Source: Macrostomum hystrix (Eukaryota > Animalia > Platyhelminthes). Taken from it: 64,000 bases of DNA. Positions within the stretch are counted from its first letter, which is position 1, and each line of letters begins with the position of its first letter. The translations under genes and the position numbers were made by a program. The notes beneath the pieces were generated by a model. The model was not told the DNA's origin. It was given only the letters and a program-made list of their open reading frames with translations, and did not search any database. Where the stretch lies: contig CATNEN010000007.1 of assembly GCA_950097015.1 (NCBI GenBank), positions 13,392,001 through 13,456,000 on the forward strand. Reading direction: 5' to 3'. Shown one piece after another: positions 13,101 to 25,785 of this stretch.

Positions 13101-13650
13101 CCAGGCGAAGCGAAGCGAGGCCAGCAGCGCGCACGGGGCTAAAAAGGCCCTCGCACAGGTGCCCACCACCAAAATACGCACCCTAGAAACAGGGGCAGCG
13201 ATTGCCAATCGCCAGTCCCCGCTAAAAGCAAGCTATTGGTTGCAAGCCAATCCACAAGTATAGCTCGAGTTTAGTTTTGCAGTAGAAGAGTAAGGAGCTT
13301 TTCGGGATAATTCTACGTTTTGATTGGCTCTGCTCAGCTCTCTCCCTCACTCTGGGGCGCTTGAGCAGCCTCAATCTCACCATTGTGTGAATTTTCTGCC
13401 TGAATGTAATTTATATATATAAATAGCTCGTATATATATATATTATATTATTATGTACAATAACATATTGTGCGATATCGGTCTCGGACACAACCATATT
13501 CTCCTGTTTTACTTCATGCAAGAACCAAGGACCACAAGGAGTAGACTAGGGATCACTACTCCTAGTGATATTATTATTATTTACTTACCATTATCATTTC
13601 AGGCCAAAGCGAACAAACATTTGAGCGGCATAGACTCAGAACGAAATTGA
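1178..13650 (+). CDS. Multi-exon CSPP1/CCDC66-like coiled-coil protein with repeated (Y.P)[WF]G[RK]PG.GAP modules; 5' part lies outside the window
   Basis: Phase-consistent exons: 1178-1324, 1840-1936, 2051-2107, 2224-2338, 2411-2548, (4499-4512?), 4642-4805, 4926-4999, 5502-5579, 5711-6182, 7712-7773, 8075-8239, 8489-8719, 9598-9726, 13603-13650 (TGA). Motifs YNPWGRPGHGAP, YHPFGKPGAGAP, YDPWGKGYGTPVRDAEG, YFPFGKPGSGAPIVDSKGNL and MFGRPGGGAP resemble the CSPP1 YNPWGKGGGGAP.RD..GNL motif. Confidence 0.7.
2645..4050 (+). mobile_element. Degenerate, internally deleted Ngaro/DIRS-type retrotransposon (SAP-gag plus RT fragment) in an intron
   Basis: ORF from 2841 reads QLKAKQLRAELIRRGLSTAGNKAALQERL (SAP-like). 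It is followed by an LVKDFV gag motif, a CLFYNCTAGC zinc-finger start, and RT motifs IHDCS.P.G.SL.D, AKFDI.SAYRSV.I and DTRLPFG. Stops and frameshifts are present. Confidence 0.8.
5232..5537 (+). repeat. 111-bp tandem triplication spanning an acceptor site and exon start
   Basis: Units start at 5232, 5343 and 5454 and differ by 1-2 SNPs; junction filler is attagggttaggaaattagtaaatgaa. Confidence 0.95.
6852..7215. repeat. Minisatellite of ~10/15/21-bp variants of (tcgccgattcctgat)
   Basis: Directly visible degenerate tandem array inside an intron. Confidence 0.9.
11486..13022 (-). mobile_element. Internally deleted Gypsy LTR element (5' LTR, gag, protease, stump of the 3' LTR)
   Basis: TGTTAG...CTAACA termini with TTAAT TSD (11481-11485 and 13023-13027). 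Full LTR 12729-13022; ~52-bp LTR stump at 11486. PBS TGGCGTCGCAAG; gag ATG at 12701; knuckle CKQCGKHDHFAKVC; protease DSGAS. Confidence 0.9.
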
Positions 13651-14942
13651 GAACAGAAGGGATAAAAGTAAAAACATTCACAAAGACTGGAAATGATAAG
13701 CTGCAAAAAGAGAAACAGGAATACTGAATTCTTGTTAGTAGCAAAGCTTTTTGCACGGTTTAAAGTTCTTCCATCCTGGATGTAGATTTTAAAATGTATT
13801 GTTATTATTATTATTTATATTATTAAGTTTTAATTAAGAAATACTAGCTATTTTATACGAAACACGATGGACGCTCTTCTACAGCTAGTTGTGTTGTTCT
13901 CGATATCCTGTCTTTTTATAGTTCCATGTAGAGTTTTGTATCGCAGTCAGCAGCAAAATCTACGTGCTATAACCATTTGCTGATGAGCAAAACAGCGAAG
14001 ACAAGAGAGAATCTAAAAGTTTTAGTTTTTTGCTTTTGGTTTGCCTATATTTTTACCCTTTGAATCTACGCATATTGTCTTCCTAACAAACTTATTTTAT
14101 TTTATCAAACTAATTATAAAGGTATCTTTAGTTACTACGAGTTATATTGCAGTGTGCTGATTTTGCGTGACGTCCTGTATTGTCTTGTCCTGTTCTCTGT
14201 TGAAGTAACGACTATTTTTTTATTTTTTACGATGAATAAAAATAAATACTTATTTTCAAATTTTGTATTTTTATTTAAGCCTTTAAATAATTGAAAAGTT
14301 TTTCTCAAAAGAAATATACTTATAGCAGTTGAAATGCTTACCAAAGTAATTAGTAACTACTTTATTTAATCATCAAAATACGACAAGCAGCCATTGTTTC
14401 GTTTCGCACAGATTGCTTTCGATAACGCAGACAAGAAAATTTATGTATCCAGGAGCTCGTTGGAAGTACGAGCACCATCGTTTACTGAAGATGGTGATTC
14501 AAGCGCATCTATGAGCTTAATAAAAAGTTGGGTGTCTGATTGGGATTGAAAAGACTGCTACAATGTAAGTGTATAGTGGAGAGCATGACTCTCGATTTCA
14601 AGCGCAATGGGGCTTTACCTCGTCTGAAAGTGGCGACATGATAAGAGTATATTCAGCTTATTGCATGTCAGGTTCATAAAGCATTGTGAATGATTCGTAG
14701 AACTTTCAGTCTTTCACAAATGAGACTAGTGATATGTCTTATCTCGATCCCAATGGACATTTATGTAATTTCAGACTTGATTCCAAATTACATGTCAGTT
14801 TTTTCATAGAATTTTAAGGGAGGCTTGAGGCCAGTCGAAGCACGTGATTCGATGATTAATCACTTTGGTCCCTGTCGTACCGTTTGTGACGAAGTGAACT
14901 CTTGTTTTAGGAGATAGCTCAGCCGAAAAATTCAAACTTAGC

Positions 14943-16827
14943 TGATGGCCACTCTGCCCTTTATTTTATTATTGGACATGCCAGTGCGGCAACGTGCCGC
15001 CCACATGATGTACATATTGCCATACAACAAGCCAGAGTAACGTGCCGCACGTGGACACTACAAACCGTAAGTACATTAGTTTAGCAAACACGAACAGTAC
15101 CGCAGATATGGTTAACGATGATGAACATTGTTTAGTTATATAGAACATAGTTAAACATAGTTTAAACGGCGCCACCTCCCCTCACCACCGAGGAGTGAGC
15201 CGCTCGGGGGAAACTCCTTTGTTCCCGCGTTCGCTGCGCCTCGGGGCCGCCGGTACCTCGATTGCTGCACTCGGGCTGCCCGGCCTCGGGGTATCAGGCT
15301 CGGCCGGAGTCTCCTCAGCCGCCGTCTCCGGTCCGCTCCGGTCCGGCGTGGCCGTCGTCTCGACCGGCAGCGGCCGAATTTGGTCCCGATGGGCGAGGAC
15401 CGGCTGGCTGTTGTCACGGATGATCACCGCCGTGTTGCTACCAGCTAGGACCACGAAGCGGGCGGGCTCGGCTGCCGCTCTGGAGCTCGGCTGATAAACG
15501 ACGGGTGCGTCGATCTCGAAGGTCATTGTCACCGTGCTCCTCAGCTGTCGGCCCATCAGCGCCGACGGACTGCCCCGGCCGTCGCTTCTCGCCGTCGAAC
15601 GGTAATTGAGTAGCAGCTTGGCCAGGTACGCCTCGAAGGAGCCGCGGTGCACTGCGAATGCTCTGAGCCCATGCTTCACCGACTGGACCATGCACTCGGC
15701 GCAGCCGTTGGACTGCGGATGATACGGCGGCGAGTGCACCAGGTTGCACCTAATGCGCTGTAGCCACTGCTGCAGCTCGCCATCGCAAAATTCCGGCGCG
15801 TTGTCAGATACCAGGGTCCGGGGCACGCCTAGCCTCGAAAAGATCGCTCGTAGAACCCGCAGCGTCGTCTTGGCCGACCTGTCGGGGACCAGCACCGCCT
15901 CCGGCCAACCCGAATAGGCGTCCACCACGATGAGGAGGGAGCCGGCTCCTTGCACGTGCGCGTTGTCAATGTGCACACGCTGCCACGCCGTCGTCTCTGC
16001 TGGCCAGGAGTGTGTCGTGCGGGTCGGTGGCTCGCGGATCTCCGCGCACTTCACGCAATGCTTGACATATCGCTCGATATCGTCGCAGTGGCCCGGCCAC
16101 CACGCCTCTCGCTTGAGCCGGTTGCGCGTCGCCAGCGCTCCGCAGTGGGTGTCGCCGTGTGCCGCTTGCAGCAACTGAGGTCGCAGCACGGCTGGCGGCA
16201 CCACCAGATCACCGAGGCAGACGACATCATTCTCGAGGTACAGCTGCTGGCGCACGCTCTTGATGGGACGCTCGGCCGCGGTGCAGTTGCTCCAGACGTT
16301 GTCGCGGATCCGGCGTTTGATGCCCGGCAGCACTGAGTCGGTCGCCGTTGCCTGCTGGACATCCTCGAGTTTCAGCACGTCAGTCTCCGTCCAGTAGATG
16401 ACACTCTCGACCGCCTCCAGTTGCGCCGGCTCGTCCTCGAAATCGAGCCTCGACATCGCGTCGACATGTGGGATGCTTCTTCCGCGGACGTACGCGATAT
16501 CGTAGTCGAATTAATGCTGCCAGTTGGATCGCCCACCGCGTGATTCTCGCCGACGTGACCTTCGGGATCTCCTTGGCTGGACTGAAGATAAACTCCAGCG
16601 GCTGATGGTCACAATTCAGGGTGAACTTGGCCCCTAGCAGAAAGTGCCGCGCTCGCTGAGTCGCCCACACGATAGCGAGGGCCTCTCGCTCGATGTTGGA
16701 GTAGTTCTTCTCCGCCGCTGTGCGCCGTCGAGACAGGTAGATCACCGGATGCTCGTCTTGAGTCAAGATAGCCGAGATCGCTTTCTCGCTGGCGTCTGTT
16801 GTCAGTGTGGTACGCTTCGTGGCGTCC
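14943..16827 (-). mobile_element. Gypsy 3' half (RNase H, integrase, PPT, 3' LTR)
   Basis: RNase H motifs TTDASEKAI..., YSNIEREALAI and DHQPL. Integrase ORF 15182-16456 (H..H...C..C, HID, SDN, HPQSNG). Polypurine tract ~15175-15184. LTR limits are approximate. Confidence 0.85.
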
Positions 16828-17922
16828 ACACCCACTGGAGCAGTGTTACTTCCAACTGCAGAGGTGAGGATCTCCTTGCCAACATCTGCACCACTAATAT
16901 TGAGTTCTGCAACACGTGTGGCACACCCACCTTTGACAATGGGCGGTGGACGGAGGTCCATGACGCCACCCTCGCTTCTCAGGGCCTGATCCCTCGGATT
17001 GCCAGTCCCAGGGACTGGCAGGTGTGGGACGAAGAGGAATTTCTGTCTGACCATCGTTTCATTCGCTTCCGGTTGCAAAGCTCCTACTCCAAGCCTGGTA
17101 TTCTGTGGAAAAGGAATGCCCGCAACACTGGCTGGACGGCCTTTGCGGAATCCATGAAGCGCCAGACTAACCAGTTGGAAACTGTCGTTCCTGCCACCTG
17201 TCAGGAAGTGGACGATCTCGCTGATCTACTCAGTGCGACCATCCTGACAGCTCATAAAACATCTTGCCCCCTAAAAGCCTACAAAGGAAAAAAATCCGCT
17301 CCCTGATGGAACCCAGCGCTTGGAACCCTCCGGCTCAAGGCCAAATACCTCCAGCGGATTGCGCGGAAAAGCAAGGACCCAGCTGACCTGATCGCTTACC
17401 AGGATGCGATTCGAGACTTTAAGCGTGACACCAGGCCTCAAAGCACAACGACAGGTGGATCAACACAGCCGATGGTCGGCAGTCTCGCGCTGCTGTTCCT
17501 TGTCCCTCACTGCCCTCCGCAAAGCCCTGCTTGGACTTAACCGCAGGGACATCAGGGCAGTCACCATGGCCCTCTCTGGCCACGGCTGTTTCGCTAGACA
17601 CCGCTTGCTACAAGGGAAAATCCGCAGTGAGGAGTGCCCCTTCTGCCTCTCCTACGTTGAGGATGCAGAGCATTTTATTTGCGACATCTTTGAGAACATC
17701 TGCCAGCTCGTCCGTTACCTAAGGGCCACCGGGCGAGCGACTCTCCACCTCGTGGACTCCGGAGGAGGACCGCGCTGTGGACGCCGGCATCACCGGATCC
17801 CCTGCGCGACACCGCAGCTTTAGTTGCCCGTGGTCACCAGGTGCTAGCGGAATAAGCGGCAACGCCACCCCGCTCCTTCCGAAGGATGCTCCCTGCAGCT
17901 AAGTCAAGTACGAGCTAAGTCA
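16828..17922 (+). mobile_element. LOA/R1-like non-LTR retrotransposon fragment (APE endonuclease end fused to the C-terminal zinc knuckle; RT deleted)
   Basis: PTF...DATL...W.V....LSDHR.I.F endonuclease tail; LSGHG...CPFC...EDAEHFIC knuckle; (gctaagtcaa) tail repeats at ~17898-17922. Confidence 0.8.
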
Positions 17923-18654
17923 AGGCCGACACGCCGACGGCGCCCAAACAGTCGCGCTGCTGACCACCTCGACTTGACAGTGCGTTGGGCTGCCACTGGG
18001 AAAGTCACTCAGTAATGTTGCCAGGTCCAGGATGCTAGGCCGAATTTGGGTCGCTACTCTTGAGAAAGGAGTAAACACTGGGAAAAAAAGATAAATATAT
18101 ATTCTTCTATTTGGCCTTAACTTTTAATTAGGGTCAAAAGTTAGGGTTAGGATTAGGGTCTACTAAACCCTATTTTTAAGTTAACAACAAAAAATCAACA
18201 GTATTTAAAAAATCTGCCATAAAAAATATATGATTTGGGAGTGCACTATCCTTCTACTTTAGTAGTCCTCTCGGCCAGCGATTCGCCAGCGACCCAGGAA
18301 TGTACAATTGTACAATTTTCCTAGAGGGCTGCTACCTATTATCTAAAACAATGGACTCTGATCTTAATGTACAAATGAAAAATTAATTCGTGCTGGGACT
18401 CCCACAATGTCTGCGCAATTCAAGACATTGTCATTTTCTTGAATTGCGACAGAACTAGTAGTAAAAGAAAGCTCTTTAATTCATTCTTTCTTTTAATCTT
18501 CAATATTGATGATGCCCGTGTTCCTATGTGGCTAAGATGATTTATACTATACCTTTTTGCGTTCTAGTTGGTTATTTTTGCGATCAAGTTGGACAGACTG
18601 CTGAGGCTCAGACTGCGCTAAATCGCCTGCAATCGAAATTTAATAATAAATTTA

Positions 18655-18835
18655 TAATATTAAATAACATGAAGAAAAAACCAGGCATTCCTTTGCATGA
18701 GGTCAACAAACAAGACAGAGATAGACCATGTGTGTGTGTGTGATAAACCATACTAGACATGGGTACTGTCTTGTTTGTTGACCTCATGCCAACGAAGGCA
18801 TAGTTTTTTCTTCATGTTTTTAATTTATTAATATA
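18655..18835. mobile_element. Foldback MITE-like inverted repeat
   Basis: aacatgaagaaaaaa...gcatgaggtcaacaaacaagacag pairs with ctgtcttgtttgttgacctcatgc...ttttttcttcatgtt around a (tg)n spacer. Confidence 0.7.
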
Positions 18836-20933
18836 CATTAAGTAGCCTTATTAATTTAAAAGAACATGTTCTCGGAACAAAGAACATGTTCAGAGTTTCC
18901 TATTAGGCGACCGTCGCGCATGTTCGATTACTGTTTCTTAGACCCTATCTCTGTCAACACGGGTGAGTCTGCATTCATACTATTTTCGTCTTCATACTAG
19001 TAAGTTCAGCGCTTAACTGTTTTGCAGAAAAGAATGATTAAAAAAATTAAGTTATTCAATAAGAGCTAAAAATGATTTTTAGATTTTTCAGATTTTGTTT
19101 TAGTACACATTTTTATCGGAAAATCGAAAGTAATATCGAGCGGAATTTCGTTCAGTAAGACGGAAAGTTACAAGTTACAACTAGTTCTAACTAGTGAGCT
19201 TAACAGCGCATCCTAGTGAGAATGCAGCAACATTCAAAAGTTCTACCCCAAGCAAGATGAAAATTGTCTCACTTTCTACAAGGATCGAGCCTTATTAGAG
19301 ACAACTTCTCACTCAAAATTTAACATTCATTTTCTAGATGTCCTCACATAACTATTTTTTGGCTTTTTGATTCTTTGGGTGCATTTGTGTAGTTTAAAAT
19401 GACTTTTATAAGTAACCTTAAATAACATATTTACTAAAACAAAAGCTAAACAGACTAATTTCTCCAGAAGTACTGCAACTATTTTCTCTAGTTTTATTTT
19501 GTTGTAACAATAAAAAAGTTTATGTAATGCACATGTGTACCAAGAAAAGTTGTATAACTTTTGTGCAGAAATAAGTAAAAAGTAAAAAGCTAAAATAATA
19601 GAAAAAAAGTTTCTTTGAAACTAAAAACATATCACTGGATTTGTCTTTTTATTTTGCATCAAATAAATGCAATTATAGCTCCCAAAGTCCCATTAGAGCA
19701 AATATATTTGCATGTAAAACATTGATTTTTTCTTTTTTTCCTTTTTTCCTTTTGATTTCAATTCTAGCTTTATCTAGGCCCCTAATAGATAAGAAAGTTT
19801 CTACACAATTGAGTAGACTAGGTTTGATTCCCAGAAGCCAATAGTTTTTTAATAGAGAAGCTTATTCTAGTCACCAATATATATATTCTTTGTTTTTTTG
19901 CACATTTGCAATTATATTTGTTAAAAAACTAGGGTGATTGCTTGTGCATTCTAAAAATATGTGAAAGTTTGGATGTCAAACTTGTGGGCATATAATATGG
20001 CTATTGGAAATATGATATCAAGACTACATAATTCCAAGACTAGAATATATGGACTAATTATTCATTCAGCTTCTTTTTTCTACATTATTTTGGTACTTAG
20101 TATATTTAGCTTTTGTTTTAGTAAAGAGGTTAAACTAAACTTAAACTTTACTTATAGCTAGTGCCTAGTAGCAACTACATAACTTAATAATCAGCTTACA
20201 ATTCTTAATACTTAGTAATAGTTGTACTAAGTCTTGTCTTTGATATCTTAAATCTTACTAGGCCTACTAAGGCTTAGTTTTCAAATAAGAAAAAACCTAT
20301 AAAATTGTTTAACAAATAGTCTACAAAATTGCCTATTTTAATCTCTTAGTTATAAAGCCAAGTATAATTGGAAAAATGTCTCTCTCCCAATCATAAATTT
20401 ATTTTCATACAATGTGCAGTGTAACTTGTGATTATTTATTAATAATGTGTAACATTATGTTGCATGCAGAAGTGTGGCAACTCTGTAGGGCATCCCTAAT
20501 GTCCTAGGGTTATATTATAATAGTTAATATCTCACTGAATGTCACCAAAGTTGTCCTAGTGCTTATGGTTTGATAATTAAAATTAAAAATCCCACTGTTG
20601 TTACTAAAGTTGTTGTAGGCCTAACTTAATAAATTCTTTATCCTAATAATGCCACCAAAATTGTTAGAGGGCTTTATAAACTTATTCAAAATACTGTCTT
20701 TATATCAAACTTATGTGTGTCTTAAGTTATTAACGTTTTGTATTTCTTTTTTCAATTCAAATTGGTAGCATTATGTATTTAATCTGGTAGCATAATATGT
20801 TCAAGATGGCCAATATGTATCCTCTCTATTTACATTCACTTATTTTTCACTTATTTCTGTAAGTACTCTTCATCAGTCTTTATCACTATTTATCTGTCTT
20901 TATCCTTCTTTTATCACTCTTTATCAATCTTTA

Positions 20934-21575
20934 GGGTAATGTATCATCAACCGAACAGTGTATCTTCAAAACCGAACAAGAATTTTGACTTCTTCCTTGG
21001 TCTCGTGCAAGACAGAAACAAGCTATTGTGTTTCACAGAACAACTAATTTGAAAGTTGAAGAAATTATCTACAAGCTGAGGCATGATGTGCAATGAAGCA
21101 TTAAGAGGAAAGAAAGATATTGATGTTTCAGTAGAAATTTTTATTGCAAAAGCATACTTTTTAACAACATTTTTTCAGTATGTACTTTAGACAAAGATTG
21201 TATGTGGTTGCTTGCCAATTAAATGACCATAAATGTAGTTATTTATAGAGCATGAAAAATGCTTTCAAATTACATAATTCATGATAGTTCACTCCTTAAA
21301 ATAAGATTAAACCACTCACTCAAATTGTAAAACCAAACATCAAATTCTCTGTTTGGTTTGAAGATACATGAAAATCATTGTTCGGTTTTAGATAAAAAGC
21401 TGGAATAACTTTTTTTCTATTTGATAAAATAGCAAAAGCTGATACTTTTTAGAAAGATGTAACTGTTTTCTATAACTTGGCTTTTGATTTATCATCATAT
21501 CTTAAATAGAAAATCTGTAGCTTAGGTTTGAAGTTAAAAAATACACATTCTTGTTTGGTTGATGATACATTACCC
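20934..21575. mobile_element. Non-autonomous DNA transposon (MITE) with TA target duplication
   Basis: TIRs gggtaatgtatcatcaacc / ggttgatgatacattaccc flanked by TA, inserted in a ctttatca low-complexity tract. Confidence 0.85.
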
Positions 21576-23229
21576 TATCACTCTTTATCACTCTTTATCA
21601 AGTCTTTTTACTCTTCAATCGATTTTCAATTCAGTTTTCAGTCCATTTTGGACTTTGCCAGTGGATCTAGGGTTATAGCTCTCTATTCACTCTGTTCACT
21701 TCTATTTCTCAAGGTCTCTTCAAATAAGTTTAAGTCAAACACTTAAATATTCAAGCTTTCTTATTCTGAACACTGTGAACAAGACAAATGTTTTAAACTT
21801 TGGTTTTCTTTTGCCTTTTTCTTGTGTATTTATACTATTTTTGCTCCCCTTCTTCATTTCATTATAACTGTTATATTTTCCTTGCATAAAAACAATTTTT
21901 GTGTATTATATTAAATCAGAGTGTTATGACATTTAAACATTTAAACATGTTAGACATTTAAACAAAATTACAAAAATTTCTTAGAAAATGAATGAAGCCC
22001 TATCTCAACTGACCTCTCTACGAGTCCGATTTAAACCCATGCAGTAAGTGAAAATATGACTACAAAAAACATAAAAGCGAAATTGCACACAATAAAATAC
22101 AATATATAAGAATAAAACTATAAGTGAATATATAGGCACAAAAAATAAAAATATGGTACTAAAAGACAACATAAAAACCCTTCACCTTAAAAGTAAGTCC
22201 ATAAATGTTCCTCACTTCTTACTCAGAATGCACATGGGGCCAGTAATGCTTGGTAGTAAGGCCAGCTGATTTGCCAGAAAATCCATCAAAACTCCATGTT
22301 GGTGACTTTCCAATGGAGAGAGTAGTCAGATTTTAACAAATTCTAGGGATGATGATTGTTTATGAATAAATTAATAAAAACATTAGCTTCATTGCAAGAA
22401 TCTAGTTGTTGCTATAATTTGTCATTATTTTTATGGTATATGATTCCCATGATATATTATAGTACCCACATAATGTAAAGTATCCATTATAGTGCTCCCC
22501 CTATAATATTAATAACTATGACTACTCTTCAATAGGCCCCCATGCTGCTATTGAACTTTGGGGCAAGAAAAAATTTCATTGCAGCCCATAGCGTCTGAAC
22601 TCCTGTTTTATCAAATGATCAAATGATTAGCTTTTTTCTAATGAGTTTGCATATAATGAATTAGTATAAAGGATAACAAAAATGACATGTACTCGTATTT
22701 TGTTATATATTAAATACAATCAAACTATAGAAAAAAGAAACAATCAGAAGCATAGAAACAGCAACAAAAACAATACAGCAATACAATGGCAAATAAAATA
22801 ATATTAAAAAGACAAAACAAAATATGAATTAAATAAAAACTGAAAAATGATTGAATTATAAGCATGTAGTCTCAACACTTAAAAAACCTATATAATATAT
22901 TGTCATTGTTGCTATGTAGAAAAAATATTGTGGCTAATGCAAGTCACATAAAATAATTTCACTAATTAATTATGAGTAGATGCAAGCCAGCTTAAAATTT
23001 TTATTTACTTACTAGAAGTTGTCAATGCTGTTGTGAAAATATCCTAACTTGTTGTCTCCATTTTATGATTTTAGCAGGATTAGGGTTTGGGTTTATGATT
23101 TATGATTTATGATTTTAATTAAATTTATACAATAAAGAATGGGATAATATACTTGTACTTCAGCTACATTAAGAAGCTTCTTTGGTTTAAAAAATATACA
23201 TTTTTAGGATTCCAACCCAGTCTATGCAA

Positions 23230-25040
23230 CTAGGCAGCAAGTCTAGGCCTGATATCCATTATGCCAGGATAAAGTTTAACATCAAAAGCAAAATAGGTGC
23301 CGTTGGACGCAGGCAGAGTGCAGTGGCTTGATGAGAGTGGGCGATGGCGGAAGGTGCAGAAGGTGATGGGTGGCAATGAAGGTGGAGGTGAGGTGACAGA
23401 GATCTGAGCAGATACATCAATGAGGGCAGGCTCGGCAATGAGTGAATAATTAGGATGATTACTTTCATGGAGGGTGGCCCAGGCCTGGCCAGCAAGGAGC
23501 TCACAATGCAGTCTCACTGGTAGGATACTACACTAGTCATGGAGGTGCTGGACAGGTGCACAGCTGTGGCAACCAGTGGAAATTTGCAAAGCCATGTTGT
23601 GAGCCATTTGAAGCAGATTCTAGCTGGAGTCACTAAGGTACAGGGTCTGAACTGGCAAGCAGTAATTCGCATGAGTCTTACCAAGGGCCTTGTAGGTCGC
23701 CAGCATCATCTCCTTGTCTTGTACCCAAGTGCTGCGCCACAGAGGGCATGGAGGATGTTGTTGCAGGTGCGGATGTTGTTGGAGGCATGCTTGGCATGAG
23801 GAGTGGGTCAAAATACACTCCAATGAGCTTTGGTGAAGTGCAGTAAGGCACTGGGGGAACCACCAAAGGATGACCCGCGGACAGGTGGAGAACTTGTGGG
23901 TGGTGCTTGTAAAGATGCTGGTGGACAATTTATTTGGTGAAAGAACAAGGTCTTTGCCTTTGAGGTAGGAGCAGAGTGAGGTCTCACCTTGGCTGGATGA
24001 GAGACGGCAGAAGATGGACAACCGGGCCTTTGGTGAAGATGGAAATATCATCCGCATACTGTTGGAGTAGAACGCATGGCATACATGCGCAACCTCCCAA
24101 ATCTTAGCCGGCCGTGTGACTTAGTTTTTGCTTTATTTATGACTTAGTTTGCTCTCATTTGCGACTTAGTTCATTTCATTGATTAATTTACGCCTTAATT
24201 TGCTCTTATTTGCTCTCTTTTTCTTTCCCCTTTTTCCTTTTCTTCACGCATTCCTTTTTTGTCCCTTGGTCCCCCCTATGATTTTTTTGCGCTTGGTCGA
24301 TTGGTTTTTGCCACTTACCTTGCTTGGCCCTTGTTTCACCCGGCTGGTTTGGCTGGGTCGGCCAGGTGTTGCGCATGTATGACGCATGGTGGTGGTGCAG
24401 GCAGGACTGGGAGGTTGAAGGCGAAAAGCAATGGTGATAGGAATGGAATGGAATGGAAAAGCAATGGAATGGTGCCTCCTTGAGGGACACTTGCGCAGAT
24501 TATGCAGGAGTTAGACAGCGTACCTAAGAACTTGACTTTCGAGAACCTCTTGAAAGTCTTGAAGCCAGTAGAGGAGGAGGGTGTGCGGAAGAGTCAAGTC
24601 AGGGAGCATCTGGAGAAGTATGAGATGGTTGACATAGTCAAATGCTTTTTGGAGATCCAGGGCTACCAGGAGCGTCCGGTCAGCAGGTTTTGGCTGATTG
24701 AGCCCATGGCTGATTTCTTCAAAGATCCTGAGAAGGGTGGAGCACATGGAGCGCCCGGCGCAAAAACGCAGAGGCCTTTGATGGTACTTTGATGAAGCTT
24801 TGTAGTTTCATCAACCACATTTTGCATTTGTGCTCGGAGTAGGCTGTTTTTATGCTGGAGGAGCTTGACGTGCTTGGAGGTAGGGTCCAGAGTGCGAACT
24901 TGGTCACGTTCAGCACAGAGAGAACTGGCCTCAAAAGGGAAATCGGGCTTGAAATCATGGATCTTGCGAGCGGGAATGTGGTGTTTGGCAGCATTAAGGA
25001 TGATAATGTGGAAGGCCTTTTCACTGAAGGCCTTTATTAA
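23230..25040 (-). mobile_element. Decayed non-LTR retrotransposon (RT-containing) relic
   Basis: Fragments LVALDLQKAFDYVNH, PKLIGVYFDPLL and TWVQDKEMMLATYKAL; many stops; CpG-poor. Confidence 0.75.
24080..24381. mobile_element. hAT-type MITE nested in the LINE relic
   Basis: 14-bp TIR catacatgcgcaac / gttgcgcatgtatg; 8-bp TSD ACGCATGG at 24072-24079 and 24382-24389. Confidence 0.9.
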
Positions 25041-25044
25041 TCAA

Positions 25045-25785
25045 AGCAGGCCCGTTAGCCTTCTTACGCCAGCAATGCTGATACTAGAGCAGTTTTATGA
25101 GGACAGCAGCTTCTTTGTATGACAGCAGCTTCTTCTTGGACGGGCACAGAGGAATCCTAGATCCAAAGATTCTATGGCATGTCCGCATGTTGAGGATGGA
25201 GACCTTGGCGGCTGTGTCCACCATTGAGGAATGCTGCGATCATTGATCCTTACATTGGCTCTCTTGTACTTGCCTTTCTCGCTCGACCCAACAGCAAAGA
25301 TGCTCTGCTGGCTAGAGCTGTCTACCTTGACATCTTGAACCTTCTTGCGGCCTGAGGCCGGACCTGGCTGGTGTCGCGTTGCTGCTCTTGCACACCTTGG
25401 CAAAGTGGTTGCGCCTACCGTACTTTGTGCACGCCTTCCCTTGTGATGCACAGTGCAGATCACTGCCCATGTGGTGGCCTGGCTGGCTGCATTGCGAGCA
25501 GCAGAAGTGAACCTGTTGACCCGCCTGGCGCTGCTTGGCATTGTATAGAGCTCTCTTGGCATTGATCTTCTTACCAGTCAGCAATTTCTTGCTCTGGACC
25601 ACCAATTCCACCTGGGCTTGTGCCAGTATTGTGCCTGTTAGCCAACTGAGTGAGACAAGACAAAGTCAATTAAATCAAAGGAGAGGTGCTCTCTTGTGTA
25701 GCAAGGGTTGTGCTCATATATTGTCAATAGCACATGTAAATAGTTAATAGATGGCATAAGTACAGTGTGAGCAATAGTTCACATT
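25045..25785 (-). mobile_element. Decayed Gypsy gag/protease relic with possible LTR
   Basis: Double-knuckle remnant CSQCSQPGH...GKACTKYGRRNHFAKVC, followed by a protease-like segment. Confidence 0.6.

Noticed and set aside
18140-18160. Interstitial telomere
   Set aside because: Only ~3 imperfect TTAGGG units, probably part of a dispersed repeat.
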